From: Fonticula alba ATCC 38817
Lineage: Eukaryota; Protista; Nucleariida
DNA length: 36,566 nt
Direction: 5' to 3' (one strand)
NCBI GenBank assembly: GCA_000388065.2
Contig: KB932205.1
Every line of letters begins with the position of its first letter. The first letter of the stretch is position 1. Of the stretch, positions 35,177-36,566 are shown one piece after another. Under the pieces are notes generated by a model. The model had not been told where the DNA came from and did no database searches. It saw nothing but the letters and a program-made list of their open reading frames with translations. The translations under genes and the position numbers were made by a program.

Positions 35177-35270
35177 ACACATGCACACATGCACACATGC
35201 ACACATGCACACATGCGCACATGCGCACACGCACACATGCACACATGCGCACATGCGCACACGCACACAC
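35177..35270 (+). repeat. 8-bp satellite (ACACATGC / GCACATGC / GCACACGC), about 12 units, between the converging ThrRS and ZIP genes
   Basis: Read directly; strictly alternating purine-pyrimidine. Confidence 0.9.
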
Positions 35271-35625
35271 GGACCTCCTCCCTCCACATACACGCATGCG
35301 GTCATTGCCCTCCTTTCTCTGCTTGGCCCATCTCCAATGCCACGCCCCTCGCATCGCCCTCTGACTGTGGGAATAGATTACTTTCTTATGTTCCTCCCTC
35401 TCTCCGCCTGGGCATCGCCGCCACCGGGGGAGGGGTTTTTTTTTCCACGCATTCCTCTTCCTGTTGCGGACGGACACCACTCCATGGTCGGATGCGGTGC
35501 CGGTGGATTTATTGTTTTGAAGTGGGGGGGGGGGGGGGGGGGGGAGGTGCAGACATTGGAACGGGCTCTCTCGTCCTCGCTCTCGCTCTCTCTCTCTCTT
35601 TTTCCTGGAGAAGGAGGACAGGGCA

Positions 35626-36485
35626 CTACGACAGAAGCAGCTCGCCAAGCACCATGGAGAAGCCCACAAGTGCCATGCCGAGGAAGATCGACAGGAAAAG
35701 GGGCGACAGGACGACACTCTTGTCCTGGGGACCGCCACCATCGGGCACATCGGGAGCCGACCCGGACTCCGGAGCCGGCTCAGCAGGCGGAGACTCAGCC
35801 ATTGGAGGAGGGGCAATGGCATTGTGGCAGGCACACGCCCCGGAGCAAGCCGGGCCCGGCTGGAAGGATGCGCCCATTGCGGCACACACCGGCGCCGATC
35901 GCCGGCATTGGCCGCATGTGATGTACTTGCAGCAGTCCTTCGAGCCGAAGGGGTGGCGGGAAGCCCCCGCTGAAGCGGACGAGCCGGTCAGCTTGGCCGC
36001 CGCCTCTGGCGTGCTACTGCCGGTCGTCGGGGGGAACCACAGCGATCGGAAGGCCGATGGGAGCAACTCCCCCAGGGCAATGGCACACATGGCCCCGGCC
36101 ACAGTGGCCAGCGCCCCGCCAATCAGCCAAGGCGGCGGCCCAACGCCAGTGGCCACCATCACCAGATAGCTACCGGCGCGGATGATGCACATTCAATGGG
36201 CAAGGGGCCAGCGTGAGCAAAGGGCAAAGGCCGGCCGAATGCCGCGCGAATCGAAGGGGAGCAGCAGGGAGGAAGGCCAAGTCAGACCGCCAAATCACAA
36301 GCTAACTGTGTGCCGGCAGCGGGGCGAGGAGGACAAACGGTCGAGGAGGAGGAGGAGGGGGGGGGGACAAGGCGCGCACCTGATCAGCCCGCCGAGGGGC
36401 CCGGAGGTAGAGGCCAACATGCCGACAGCCAAGCCCCGCAGGCGGCTGCCGGTGCTGTGGTAGAGCGGCTGCGAGACACAAAGGC
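35626..36485 (-). CDS. ZIP-family metal transporter (ZupT/GufA/ZIP11-like), last two exons (TM5-TM8); the gene continues beyond the window
   Basis: GLCVSQPLYHSTGSRLRG, PLGGLISYL, VAGAMCAIALGELLPSA and FLSIFLGMALVGFSMVL align with ZupT-type TM5 (EGLAVAxPxYxATGS), TM6, TM7 (VAGIMVxxSxDELxP) and TM8 (GMxVMGFSLVL). Exons 36485-36380 and 36169-35626. Bases 36486-36566 look like the 3' part of an intron (CTGAC branch, CAG acceptor). Confidence 0.8.
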
Positions 36486-36566
36486 CTGGGAGTTGAAGGA
36501 AGCCAGGAAGCCGGTCAGTGACACGCACGAGGATGGCAAGCAGTGAGGGGATGAAGATCGCGGCGG

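Noticed and set aside
36486-36528. A 43-nt mini-intron (GTGCGT...CTGAC...CAG) in the ZIP gene
   Set aside because: Its donor phase does not give a ZIP-like upstream frame. It is better explained as the 3' end of a longer intron that starts beyond the window.
37-36546. Well over a hundred overlapping or antisense ORFs in the supplied track (e.g. 10047-12113 +, 23768-25732 -, 20600-21700 +)
   Set aside because: These are shadow frames expected in high-GC coding DNA, or frames opened by N-gaps and microsatellites. They have no domain motifs, and many start at GTG/TTG codons that are really splice donors (e.g. 12185).

Overview
This is GC-rich, intron-rich eukaryotic DNA with six N-gaps. The prokaryote-style ORF track is therefore mostly misleading: many entries are shadow ORFs or read through introns. 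I rebuilt spliced models by hand from GT-AG sites, reading-frame phase and recognisable protein motifs, and ten protein-coding loci are supported. In order they are: a very large Zn2Cys6 transcription factor (+, 5' end in a gap); a full-length CWH43/PGAP2-type GPI remodelling protein (-); an ARMC7-like protein (+); a Pro/Ser-rich orphan (+); an ALDH21-like aldehyde dehydrogenase with an N-terminal extension (-); CDC7 kinase (+); a DUF962/Mpo1-family protein (+, 5' end in a gap); a 95-aa three-exon microprotein absent from the ORF track (-); a mitochondrial-type threonyl-tRNA synthetase (+); and the 3' part of a ZupT/ZIP11-type metal transporter (-). The gene mix and style fit a fungus-related protist such as Fonticula, but that is an inference and the sequence does not prove it. 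I found no RNA genes, CRISPR arrays or mobile elements. The best leads are a 5' splice-site consensus with C at +4 (31 of 34 modelled donors, none with A), an 8-Cys metallothionein-like loop in the ZIP transporter, an ALDH21-type enzyme in an apparent opisthokont, the hidden DASH-like microprotein, and the minor-spliceosome factor ARMC7. All family assignments are by-eye motif recognition; no database search was run.
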